From positions 361,535 to 425,534 of the forward strand of contig NW_004797438.1 in assembly GCF_000002075.1 (NCBI RefSeq): DNA of 64,000 bases, written 5' to 3'. Shown piece by piece: positions 37,601 to 48,477 of this stretch. The stretch comes from Aplysia californica (Eukaryota). Position 1 is the stretch's first letter. Each line of letters begins with the position of its first letter. Under the pieces are notes generated by a model, which saw nothing but the letters and a program-made list of their open reading frames with translations, was not told where the DNA came from and did no database searches. The translations under genes were made by a program, and so were the position numbers.

Positions 37601-39455
37601 TCCATGTCTTCCCACTTTTCTGTACATGATCTATTTCTGTTATTATTCTCCTGGCTCCACGTGGTCTTCCCCTTGATCTTTTACCCTGTGGTTCCAATAC
37701 AACACTTTCTTTGTATTGCAGCTGCCTGGCTTCCTGAGAGTATGTCCAATCCATCACCATGGCTTTCTTCCTACCTCCTTTCTGACTAGGATCTCTCTTG
37801 TTCTCCTCAAGACTTCCCTGTTAGTGACCTTCTGTCCATCTGATCCCCAGTAACTTTCTTAGACTCTTATTCAAGAAAACAGGGAACCTGTTTATACAAT
37901 TACAAGTCTGAGATGCGTTCCATGTCTCACATTCATGCAACAGGACACATCACATTTGAATTGAAAATCTTCAGCCTTGCTCAGAGTGAGATATCCCTGG
38001 TCCTCCAGATCGTATTCAAAGATATGAAAGCAGCTACCTGTGCCTTTCGGATGCGGGACTTTATTTCAGCACCTGTTCTTCCCTCTTTGTCAATTATAAT
38101 GCTCCCAAGATAGCAGAAGGATTCAACGTCTTCGAGTGCATTTCTTCTATTGTGACCTGCTCCTTTCATCGTGCATCAATCTTTAGGACCTTTGGCTTTC
38201 CAGGGTGGATCCCCAATCCAACAGACTGGTCGTTAGATGTTACCTTTATTTTTAGAAATGTTGGCATTCTAAAGATTATTGACTGTTTTATTACATCATC
38301 CCCCCAAAAAAGCCTGATCCTTTGCAAGGAAAACTGAAAGACTGGCTTGTGATGGAATTAGATCCCGAGGTATTTTTATTGGTAGATGTTGAATTTTTGA
38401 CATTTAAAACTTAAAAGGCTTTTCTGAAAGTTGTGTTTCTTTTTTATTTATTGCAATTGTTCAGTAGTTCGCTTTTATGGGATAGAATATTGGAAACTGT
38501 ATTAATATTATATGTTGATTTGTATTTTTGTGCTGGTTGTTACTGTTTTAAAGGATGAAAATACATCATTTTGGATTTGCTGTTCAAATACTTATGTTTC
38601 TAGGGTATAATATGGAGTAGAGTCCTCTTAAACTGAACAAGGTTGCTTGGAAAACAGTAGTAAACTGAAAGAAAAATATGAAATGCCTGATTTTTATTAA
38701 TTTTTTTCCTTCTATTTGAGCAACGGTCGCACAGATTTTGGTTTAAGCTGACTCCATTGTATATTATATACCTTAGCTCTAAAAATGTTGACCCTGCCTT
38801 GTGAACACTTATTTGATTAAAGGGAAGTCAGTGAACTGGGTTTTTTTTCTTTCCAAAGAAGATTACTTCCCTTTTGTGATGTATGTTTGCTTTAACACTT
38901 TGCCATCACAAGGCTCATATAGTAAAAACCCTTGCCATCTAAGGCAAAGGCGTTTTGGGAAAAGTCCAAAGAAACTGGGTGGAAAAAATCTCCGATCGGC
39001 GAGATGTGACGGCAAAGTGTTAAGTAAGTTGTTGCTGTGAAGTTGTTGAAAGTTCTTGAATTGGTCGGTCTTAATTAAAGGGCATGGTCTTCGTTTTGCT
39101 TTTGATATTTTTTTGGTTTTTGTTAAGGTTTCATTCATTTTTTTTGTGTTCCTTTTTTCCGTTATGCTTTTAGCCCGATCCAGTGGAAGGCGTTGTTGAG
39201 GACTGGCTTAAGATGTCTGTTAATCCAGAGGTAATTTGCTTATCATGTTGAACATGAATCTTTGCAGCTTTCACTTTTAAATGGTATTACGATTAAATTA
39301 CCTTTAAGATTAATTTTTTTAATTAAAAAATTTTTCTTCACAGACAATTAGCTTTTTCGTATACCACCATTAATATTCCCAGCCTCCAATACGGCAAATT
39401 CAAAGGAAACCGCAGCTTGTGTGATCTGTCTCCAGTAAGAATAGGGATAAACATT

Positions 39456-39493
<38 letters not shown>

Positions 39494-42400
39494 TGTGTGT
39501 GTGTGTATACCGAAACAAAAAATGTCGATAATAATAATAATAATGATAATTATCGAATAATAATAATTGTGTAGAAGAAGAAGAGTCATCACCATTATAA
39601 AATCGTAATCATTCATTACCATAATAATGAGTATTTTTCATTACTATTTGTGCGAATGCAAATTTTATAATGCATTATCATTACACTCCTTTAATATTTT
39701 AATCCTGTATGGATTCCATAAGGGCTTTTATTGTGACTGTTTTACCCCATAAGACCATAGATAGCTGATACATGATTACAGATTTGTAAATGTTATTTTA
39801 TCTCCTTCAACTAGGTACCTCAAAGTGAAAATTCAAAGAACTCAGATTTCAGATTTGTGCTTACTAGTGTATAGATATTGCCATTCCGTAAATTTTAATA
39901 CCAAGTTTATGCCTGTATCTTGATTTTTAAGAAAGTTATGGACATTCTTAATAAGGAAGCAACGTCACATTTCGTAAAGTGCTCCGAGTCAAAAGCCCTA
40001 CTTTCGGATGTCACAGTTCGGTGAATTTTAGACTGACAACCACAAAAACTTGTGAACACACAGTCATGCACATAGAAAACAAGCCCAATTCTTTTCAAGG
40101 GTGTCAAACGATCAGAAGGCTGTAGTTTATTGAACCAAACATGGCTTCGGGCAAAAAATGGTCAAGGGAGGTAAAAAAGTGAATTTTTAACAAATTGTAA
40201 AAGACCACTGTGATTACAAATACTAATCTATGTGGACAATTCATACACCAAAATGTTAAACAATTCAAGATCTATACACATGTACTACGATGAAACATGT
40301 ATTTTGATTCTGACTGGTGCTTCAACTTCCAGGTGAAGTGCGTTTTGGTTGGGTTCGACCCTCACATCAGCTACATGAAGATCATGAAAGCTGCGACCTA
40401 TTTGAAGAATCCAAACTGTCTCTACTTGGCCACCAATGAAGACGCAAATCTCCCAGCCAAAGGAGATGTCATAGTTCCAGGTATGTTGACAATGCTGCCA
40501 GTGCTTTTTTTTTTGACCATCTTTTTCTTTATAAAAGGTAAAAGTTGATATATAATATGAGGTAATACTTTCCTAGTCACTTTTTAGTTTGTTCCAGGTA
40601 AAAGTTAATATACAAACATTACTTGGAAATACACTCCTTGCCTTCTTTTTGTTTATCCAATAAGAGTTCAGGCCGAAGGGCTTGAAGACAGATGGCCGCT
40701 GGATCGGAAAAGTAAAGTATTGAAAGTAAGAGAGGATATAATGAACCAATTCCCTCCTTGACTCCTTGTCACTTTTTTGTTTATCCAAGGAAGGAAAGAG
40801 TGGATATAAATAATATAGTACTTTCTTTGCTGCCGTTTTGTTTATATTCGAGTTACACGTTGATATAACCACTGAGCTTACATCCTCCTAGCCATCTTTT
40901 CTGTTTATCCAAGGCAAGAGTCGATATATGGAAAGTGTTCTTGGCCTGTACCCTGATGTAGATGTAGGGAAAGAAAGGCAGCCTTCTTCTTTGCATTCCC
41001 CTGCTAGATAGTAATAATGATGTGATGTTGCACATAGAGAACACGCACACATAAAGAACAGATTTTTCAGGTCCCAAAGTTTTCTTTTATACGTGAATAT
41101 TTTTCGTATTCAAAACCCATACACAGTGAAAATCATACATATAATGAACAGATTTCCGTGTCATGCAGGTTTTACAATGTGCGTGCACCTAGACTGTATT
41201 TTTTTTTCCCCTTGTCGTGTGTGGGTGGTTGACGGGTGCTCTGGTGTGGTTTACTTCTTCTTTCCTATCAAACATCTATCGTCCTTATCTCCCCTTCTTC
41301 TTTTTTATGTTCATTACTCTCTTGTAAAACCTCTAATCTTCTGGCGCTCGTATGGCCTTATGCGGTTGTGAGTGCTGTAAAACCTCTACTAAAACAAAAA
41401 AACCCATCTATCATCCGTATCTCCCCTTCTTCTTTTATATGTTTTTAACTCTCTTGTAACACCTCTAATCTTCTGGCGCTAATATGACCTTATGCAGTTG
41501 CGAGCACAGTAAAACCTCTACTAAAACTTAAAAAAACATCTATCATCCTTATTTCCCCTTCTTTTTTTTAATGTTTGTTACTCTCTTGTAACACCTCTAA
41601 TCTTCTGGCGCTCATATTCATATGACCTTATGCAGTTGCGAGCGCTGTAGTAAAACCTCTACTAAACTAAACTTTTGCCGCTTCCCCAGGCACGGGCTGT
41701 ATGGTGGTGACCGTGACCCATGCGGCCAAGAGGAGTCCGGAGATCATGGGCAAGCCTGAGGCTCACATGTTTGAGGTGTTACAGCAAGCTCATGGCCTCG
41801 ACCCATCTCGCTGCCTCATGGTTGGAGACTCGTGAGTACTTACTTCAACTTTTTGCCTAAGTCCGTTTTTATATTATTGTTGGTACTCTGAAACTCGTGG
41901 AGAACCCAAGAAAAAAAATTATCGTACGGCGGAGCCTGCTTAAAGCGTAAAAAAAATAAATCTGAAAACAGCAGAGTGAAATAAAATAAAATATCAGGGT
42001 TTTTTTCTTCTTCTTCTTCTTTTTCTTTCAAGCAACCTCTCTACACCATAGACCTGGCTCAACTGAAGAAAGTCTCTTGATGCTACAGTTTCAGTTTTAG
42101 TGGAATCCTGTGTTACGTAATTGCAAATGTTTTGCCTCTCATCCCATGTCGGTTCAGTTTATCAGAAGATCATAATATAAAATTAAAAGAGGTAAACTGC
42201 TTCACCTTTTTCTGTCCGCGCCGCCAAAGGGCAGTCGGAGATACTCAACAGAACACCTCCTCTCATTGGAATCTGCACCCAGTTATGAGGACTTTGTTCT
42301 TTGCTAATTCAGATTCGGTGTCTGCAACTTTGTGGTCATGTCAGCTTATTAGGGAATCAATTATCTGCTCTTCCTTTACGTAGAAATTTTTTTTCATGAT

Positions 42401-43071
42401 ACTGTTTCTGAATTCATGTTCAACTTAAACTTTATGGTGACAGAATCCAACTTGTTCAGACACAACAGCTGAAAGGATGCGTTGTGAATGAGTTATAAAT
42501 GTTTATTGAACCAGGTTTTCGTTGACTGGTTTCATGGCATTGGTGGACAGGACAGAAGGGTGAGAGGGCCCAGCTGTTGCTGGATGGGTCACAACAACAA
42601 CAACAGCCAGGGGTGGCTAGTGGGACTAAAAAGTGGGCGTGCACAATTAAGCTATCACAGGCTGAAGATAGTCAAGGGCGTAATATTAATAATAAATGAG
42701 ATGGTGTATAATTTTAGGATCTTTATGTTGGTGAGGGAAGACCTCATGCTTTTATTTCATTTTTTTTACTTGTCGCTTTGATTTCTGGAAATAAATTTGT
42801 TTGTTAGCTAAACCGTAACAGATGATTTAAACAATTTGGACGGCACTGCACGACCGTACTCTACGGATGAACCGTGCCTGACAACAACATTGACTGGTTT
42901 CTGTACTGTTTCAGACTGACCACCGATATGAAGTTTGCCAAGAACTGTGGCATGAGGTCGCTGCTTGTGCTGTCTGGTATCGCGACATTAGAGGAACTCA
43001 ACAGCAAGGACGCGCCATCAACCCCTGAACTCTACGCCCCTCGTTTAGACGAACTTTTGAAGTATATATGA
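28815..43071 (+). CDS. PGP: Phosphoglycolate / glycerol-3-phosphate phosphatase (HAD subfamily IIA), complete 8-exon gene; 348 aa from ATG 28815 or 293 aa from ATG 28980
   Basis: Exons 28815-29055, 32812-32879, 33986-34078, 36685-36825, 39174-39230, 40333-40480, 41690-41831, 42915-43071 total 1047 nt in frame, all GT-AG. HAD motifs FDCDGVLW, VTNNS, GKP, MVGDSLTTD and LVLSG. Specificity loop ATNEDANLP has Leu (PGP/AUM type) rather than His (chronophin/PDXP type). Confidence 0.93.
29130..29435. repeat. Self-complementary (TCTAGA)n/(TAGATC)n satellite
   Basis: Dense TCTAGATCTAGA runs, core at 29240-29345. Confidence 0.9.
32812..32879 (+). CDS. PGP: PGP exon 2 (GVLWDGHGMIEGSLETLLKLKEL)
   Basis: CTCAG| acceptor, CTG|GTAAGT donor, 68 nt. 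Confidence 0.93.
32922..33033. mobile_element. Short MITE related to 14595-15121
   Basis: TA|TGGGATGCCCACT...AGTGGGCACCCCG|TA. Confidence 0.65.
33986..34078 (+). CDS. PGP: PGP exon 3 (GKKVFYVTNNSSKSRQHYLDRCKQLGFPAEK)
   Basis: CGCAG| acceptor, AAG|GTATGG donor, 93 nt. Confidence 0.94.
34893..35129. mobile_element. piggyBac-like MITE (237 bp)
   Basis: TTTA|CCCTATCCGTA...TACGGAGAGGG|TTAA; three copies in the window. Confidence 0.8.
35686..36553. mobile_element. Tc1/mariner (pogo/Tigger-like) non-autonomous element
   Basis: TA|CAGTAGTCTCTGCCTAAACGCAC...GTGCGTTTAGGCGGAGACTACTG|TA. Confidence 0.85.
36685..36825 (+). CDS. PGP: PGP exon 4 (EEIVCTAYIAAAYLKK...VGIKYVGTG)
   Basis: TCCAG| acceptor, GGG|GTGAGT donor, 141 nt. 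Confidence 0.94.
37515..38260 (-). mobile_element. Degenerate RTE-clade LINE 3' fragment
   Basis: LEDVESFCYLGSII..IKSRIRKA; PQGKRSRGRP..LAQDRKRWKEMVHGLC. Confidence 0.85.
38896..39019. mobile_element. 124-bp TTAA-flanked (piggyBac-like) MITE
   Basis: TTAA|CACTTTGCCATCACA...TGTGACGGCAAAGTG|TTAA. Confidence 0.8.
39174..39230 (+). CDS. PGP: PGP exon 5 (PDPVEGVVEDWLKMSVNPE)
   Basis: Long pyrimidine tract then TTTAG|; GAG|GTAATT donor; 57 nt. Confidence 0.9.
40333..40480 (+). CDS. PGP: PGP exon 6 (VKCVLVGFDPHISYMK...ATNEDANLPAKGDVIVP)
   Basis: TCCAG| acceptor, CAG|GTATGT donor, 148 nt. Confidence 0.95.
40515..40935. repeat. Degenerate ~60-bp tandem array (6 units)
   Basis: Recurrent core TTTTTGTTTATCCAAGGnAARAGTYGATATA with variable linkers. 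Confidence 0.6.
41219..41672 (+). mobile_element. S1 retroposon trimer
   Basis: One full unit plus two 5'-shortened units, each ending in the stem-loop tail. Confidence 0.88.
41690..41831 (+). CDS. PGP: PGP exon 7 (GTGCMVVTVTHAAKRSPEIMGKP...CLMVGD)
   Basis: CCCAG| acceptor, TC|GTGAGT donor, 142 nt. Confidence 0.95.
42915..43071 (+). CDS. PGP: PGP exon 8 (LTTDMKFAKNCGMRSLLVLSG...LDELLKYI*)
   Basis: TTCAG| acceptor, TGA at 43069-43071. Confidence 0.94.
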
Positions 43072-43530
43072 TAAGTCAATAGCTAGGAATCTTAGATGGA
43101 TTTATTATTTTTTTATCCTTCCCTGTGAAAGGTTCTTTCATACTTAGTCAAAGACTATAGCTGTTTCTTTAAATAGATGTTTTAAGCCTGCTGATGATTA
43201 TGATACATATAGCTAGCTATACCAGTGCAATTTTATGTTTTGTACATTTAACAACTCTGAGTGTATTTTATTTTTACACATTCTCATAATATGTAGCAAA
43301 GTCAGTAAATGGCATATAATGTATTTGTGCAAAGACCACCCTGATAGGTTTTGGGAGGAAAAAAGTTTAAAAAACTGGCTCTCAATTGTTTGGTGTTTGT
43401 CATTTTCATCCACCGGCAGTTCATCTAGTAATTATGTTATCACTTGTGATATTTGTTTCCTACATTGTACATTTTTACAAGTGTTTAAAACGCACCGTAT
43501 TTTTCATGCTAACCAGGTGCTGTTGAACAG

Positions 43531-43536
43531 AATAAA
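43531..43536 (+). terminator. Candidate PGP polyadenylation signal
   Basis: AATAAA about 460 nt after the stop, followed by a T/GT-rich tract; alternative at 44853. Confidence 0.35.
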
Positions 43537-44036
43537 CTGTTTTTTGTCTCGATCAACTTCAGTGTTGTACAAAGGTCTTTATTTAATTGGTTTGCACCAG
43601 GGTCTGTAGGGTCATGTTCATACTCTTCACTATGGGATCATTCCCACATGGCTGTGCAGGAAGATATTTTATAGAGTAGAGCTCTTGTCTTTCTGTGGCT
43701 GTTTAGCATCTCAGTTTTCTCAGACAATCCACGTTTGCTGTGACAGGAAAGGTCGAAGCATTCCACCTAGTAAAATAAATGGTCACTTTTAAGCACAAGG
43801 GGGCTATCCCGAAAACTGGTGTTTTGAGAAAATCGAAAGTAAAGTTCCTTCCCCTTGTTCAGTTTCTTTAAAAGACAAGGAGAGTTTTCTCTATACTATA
43901 TAACCAAACAAATATACTCACCAACGAAACCGAACTTCTCCTATAGGTAGGGCAATGCCAACTTTTGGTGTAGGTAAAAATTTCTGGAAACCCCTGAAAT
44001 CTGGGCAAGTCCGCTTGTCCTTAAAAACGACCAAAT

Positions 44037-44627
44037 GTGAGGCTTCGTGGTGAAATCAAGTGCTTGTCATAGTAGTGATATCAAAGAAAACAGCATTTTT
44101 CTTCTTCCCGTTCAAATTATTATTTTAAAACAAATTGCTGTGTGGACTTTACTGAAAAACGTTGATTAAAGGCAGTAAAAATGTAATTTACAGTTTCCAA
44201 GGACTTTAAAGCTTTGTAAGTCACCTGAATTTGGCAGCAATTTTCTCCCTTATTTTTTTACCTCTGAAACCGGGTGACCTCTAGGCTGGCTCCTTCAGTT
44301 TGAAATATGTCTACTTCTATTGAAGAGGAGATGAGTATTTTTTTCATCCAAAAGCAAGACAAATGAACAAGCTTTAAGATGTTACCAATAACTCCATATG
44401 CCCCAAAATACTGTCCCCGCAGGTTTATGCAAAAAAAATTATGAAATTATGCAAACTGAGCCCAAAAATGTGCAATTATGCGATTCTGTTAATTTTATCA
44501 AAGAATGATGAAGGAAAATAATAAGAAATTATGCAAAAAATATCAAATTTTGTCAAATTATGCGGGGTGCATAAAACCACGGGGAAAGAAAATATGACGA
44601 GTGCTGTTGTCCACTGTGTCATGACAC
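44037..44627. mobile_element. AAAT-flanked (Sola1-like) MITE containing a nested M6 MITE
   Basis: AAAT|GTGAGGCTTCGTGGTGAAATC...GTCATGACAC|AAAT. Confidence 0.7.
44411..44588. mobile_element. M6 MITE with 6-bp TSD
   Basis: AAAATA|CTGTCCCCG...CGGGGAAAG|AAAATA. Confidence 0.85.
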
Positions 44628-45318
44628 AAATGATCTAAATTGTGTTGTCAGGGGCATAAAACCTGTATCATCAATAACTTGCTGTGGAAATATTCACCCA
44701 CTTCTTGCAGGGTTGAACAGTTGATGATGGAAAATATTCACTTGGTTAGCTGTGTGTGAAGAGGTGGGAGTGTTCAATTTACCAAAAGGTTGTTGATTGG
44801 TGGGTTGTTTGTGGGTTGAACATCGTTTAGATTTCGTGGATTACATTCGTTCAATAAATAGGTAGACAAAACGTAGTGGTATTCTTCAACTTCAACAGGA
44901 AACAGAAAGTGCGTTTATTGTTGTAAAAAAAAAGGCGATAAGCTATGGGAGATCACATTTCTCGGGTTCATGAGAATTTGTGGATTAAATGCTGTGTTAA
45001 TAAACCTGCATCATGAATAGATCGTCGATGTTGACTCCGATCAGAATGAAGAAGCTTACACAGAACTCGTGCTGGAGTTTACGTATCTGGCAGAAGACGA
45101 TTTAAGTTTCCTGCAGTCTTTGGTATCGTGATTCTTAACTTTGCAGTGGTCGCACCATCTTTTTCAATTTAGGCCGGTGCGATGAATATCTTGACATTTT
45201 TCTATCCCAGTATAGTATCAATATCTTTGATCTGTAAAGACTAATACTGACGAACATGATTAAGATTAGAAAATTTGAAGACAATCTCAAAACTTTAAGA
45301 ATAATTTGTGACTAAACA

Positions 45319-45508
45319 GTTTTTAGTTTAGTTTTAGTAAGAGTTTTACGGCACTTGCAACCCAATTAGGTCATATAAGTGCAGAAGAATAGATTACATG
45401 TTACAAGAGAGTAATATATATACACAAAAAAGGAGGGGAGATAAAGACGATAGATGTTTGATAGGAAAGAAGGAGCAAACCACACCAGAGCACCCGCCAA
45501 CCACCCAC
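45319..45508 (-). mobile_element. S1 retroposon
   Basis: Full-length consensus match. Confidence 0.85.
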
Positions 45509-45876
45509 AAAAAAAACAGTATATGTGTCTCGACAATGTGGAATCGGCACTTGTCAATATTGTGGCATAATGGAGTTATTAAGATAAGATACATCTTTAT
45601 TGTCGAGATCCTGGCACATTGGTTTGGTGTTTGACCACGTACGCACATAAACACAAACACTTTTCTTTCCAGGTTCCTGTCTGTCTGTCTGTCCTACTTT
45701 TTTCCCTGCACTAAATCACTGTTATTGTGCCAATATGATGCTACTCTTTACTCAAACTCAAACAAAACAAACAGAATTAGCCAATATCATTATCAACACG
45801 CCTTGGGAAGTAAAAAAACAACAACCAACAAACCATCATACTGGACTCTAGCAAAGACTAAACCTGGGGGCCTTTA

Positions 45877-46209
45877 GGCTGAAGATATACTGCCACGCAC
45901 AACTGAAGTGCGCTGCGAAACTGATGAACAGCTTGGTCGGATGTGGTGATCACACAGGTCAGCGCAATTCCATCCGACAGTGTAAAAAAATAGCGCTGAG
46001 CAGGCGAAAATCGCTCAGCGGTGGGTCCCCCCTTTAGTTTTATCTCCACGGCATCGTGGAACACTTCGATAGCAGGGTGGGCCTGTCTTGAAGAAGTGCT
46101 GCACTCACGCACGTCTTTTTGGGTCCTCACGTCAAGTCGTGTCAGTGAAATCACCGATAGGAAATAAAGACGGCGCATTTCAGTTGTGAGTGGCAGTATA
46201 TTTTCAGCC
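45877..46209. mobile_element. PIF/Harbinger-like MITE
   Basis: TTA|GGCTGAAGATATACTGCCACGCACAACTGAAGTGCGC...GCGCATTTCAGTTGTGAGTGGCAGTATATTTTCAGCC|TTA. Confidence 0.85.
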
Positions 46210-46212
46210 TTA

Positions 46213-46392
46213 GATTTCGTTTTAGTAAGTGTTTTACGGCACTTGCAACTCAATAAGGTCATATAAGTGCCGAAGATTAGAGGTGTTACAAGAGAGTAAC
46301 TAACACAAAAAAGAAGGACGGGAGATAAAGACGATAGACGTTTGATAGGAAAGAAGAAAGAAAACCACACCAGAGGACCCGCCAACCAACCA
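46213..46392 (-). mobile_element. S1 retroposon (B-type tail)
   Basis: Full length; stem GGCACTT/AAGTGCC. Confidence 0.85.
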
Positions 46393-47035
46393 CTCGTACA
46401 CAATTGCAAACAAACAAACAAGTAAAACAAAAAACACCGAGTGACTCTATAATAAATGCAGTGCAATCACAAAATCTTTTTATTAAAAACACTGAATCAA
46501 TCTTCACATAACAATTACTTTCTGTGACAACTTGTGCTCTTACCACAGAGAGAAGATTCCAGTTGACCACACAAACGATTCCTGTTGTCAGTATTTGCGG
46601 GGAAGGAAAATAAATCCTCCCCTCCCTCCCTCCCCGAACACGGTCTTAAAAAAAAAAGCTGTGGCAAGCAAAAAAGTCCTTTAGCAAAAAGAATCTTTTG
46701 CTTTGATTAACAAGCAATCACATGATAATGATACCAAGCAAATTAAGTCAATTATGGTCTGCAAACAACAAATCTGACATCCGCACATATAATATTCTGC
46801 ATCAAAAATATTCAGTTGAGCCTTTCCAACTCCACACACCTAGAAAAACTTACTCTTGTACGTAAATCACATGTTATTTCAGTGGAGAATTCCTTCACAG
46901 AGTAAACTTGACTCGTAACTGTCATTTCCCCCTCTGATATCCTATACATAAGTATAAGTATTCTCACTCGTGATTCCACTTGATGGATCAGTAAATGTAT
47001 CTGAACGTACAAGAAAAATTACCTGAACCAGCATT

Positions 47036-47208
47036 GTCTTTGTTAGAGTGTTACGGCACTTGCAACACAATAAGGTCAAATAAGCGCCGAAGATTAGAGG
47101 TGTTACAAGAGAGTAACAAACACAAAAAAGGAGGAGGAAAGATCAGGACGATAGATGTTCAATAGGAAAGAAAGAGCAAACCACACTACAGTACCCGCCA
47201 ACCACCCA
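47036..47208 (-). mobile_element. S1 retroposon
   Basis: Full length; TSD CCTGAACCAG. Confidence 0.85.
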
Positions 47209-48059
47209 CCTGAACCAGTATGCTCCCAAAAGAAAAGCCTAAACAACAAGTCTTCAGTAAGACTGACAAGATCATACCAAATTATTCAGACAAAAACATG
47301 AACCATATATCAGAAGTTAAAGTGAGACTCGTCTTGAACCTTTTCCCACAAAAGGTTCAAACAAGCATCACAATAGTCCTAATCCTATGATGTTTCAACT
47401 TCCTCACTCGGGTACAATTTCACCGAACTTCCAGTCTACAAGATAAATGGTGGTGTAGCCCGTTTGTTAACCACTCGATGTTATTCACATTTTATTTCTA
47501 GGCTGATTGCAGAGTGTTTCTCAACAGGGCCTTTCATAAAACTCACGATGTGAATTGGATTCAACGTCAATTTTTAAAATAACGCACACAGAAGTATGTC
47601 CTCGTTCACATGAGCTGAAATATCAACATGCTAAAAATAAAAAATACAGCAGAACATTGCCTTTCCATAAGTCTAATAAAATTAACACAGACGTTTCCTG
47701 CTTAACTCTAAGAAAGAAGTGAGGGGGGCCTAGAGTATAGCACATAAAGCGCACGCAGCCATTGTTTTGCACTAAAATCTGTTCATTCTTTTTCCGCCAT
47801 GGCCACAGTTAATATGTTATTACAGTGAAATAAAGTAAAGTACATGAAGTTCAAAGGATATAATTAATCTTTCCTAAATTTCACATTCCAACATGACTTA
47901 AAACAGTGGAAAACAATATCTTTGAACGAGTGCAACTTATAAATATTATTCAGAATAAAAATTTAATGGATAGACATCCATCAGTCACCCTAGGCTACAC
48001 CAAAGGCTAGACAGAATTTCGAAAAAGTGTCAAGCAATGTGACCATCATGGCATTTGAA

Positions 48060-48402
48060 TTTAATAATAGATAGCATTTATATAGCGCATATCCCCGCTC
48101 AACAGCAGGCTCTATGCGCTTTACACTATATTATTACCCCAGCAGACCATAGAACACTCAGAAACATTCTCAGCTTCCTGGGAAGCATACAGTGCAAGCA
48201 GCTGATTAAGCGCTCAAACACTAACAAACTGACAAGATCTTTCGCTGTCTATAGCCGGATACCCATTCCCACCTGGGTGAAGTGAGGAAAATTCGTGTAA
48301 AGTGCCTTTCCCAAGGACACAACGTCGGGCCCCTGACGGGATTCGAACCCACAACCTTACGGTTGCGAGTCCGAGAGCCTAACCACTAGGCCACCGATGC
48401 TC
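48060..48402 (-). mobile_element. tRNA-derived CORE-type SINE with L2-like tail
   Basis: A box TGGCCTAGTGG, B box GGTTCGAATCC; CORE-like TGTGTCCTTGGGAAAGGCACTTTAC; tail AAAGCGCATAGAG..GCGCTATATAAAT. Confidence 0.85.
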
Positions 48403-48477
48403 AGCCATCATTGCAAACATAATAACAGCACTCTGGAACCATCTGATTGTTCTCAGTAGAATAATGCCAGCTAGAGG

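Noticed and set aside
40515-40935. CRISPR-like repeat/spacer appearance
   Set aside because: The repeats are highly degenerate, lie in a eukaryotic intron and have no cas genes nearby; kept only as a degenerate tandem array
45858-46466. 202-aa minus-strand ORF
   Set aside because: It spans an S1 retroposon and a Harbinger-like MITE and has no protein motifs
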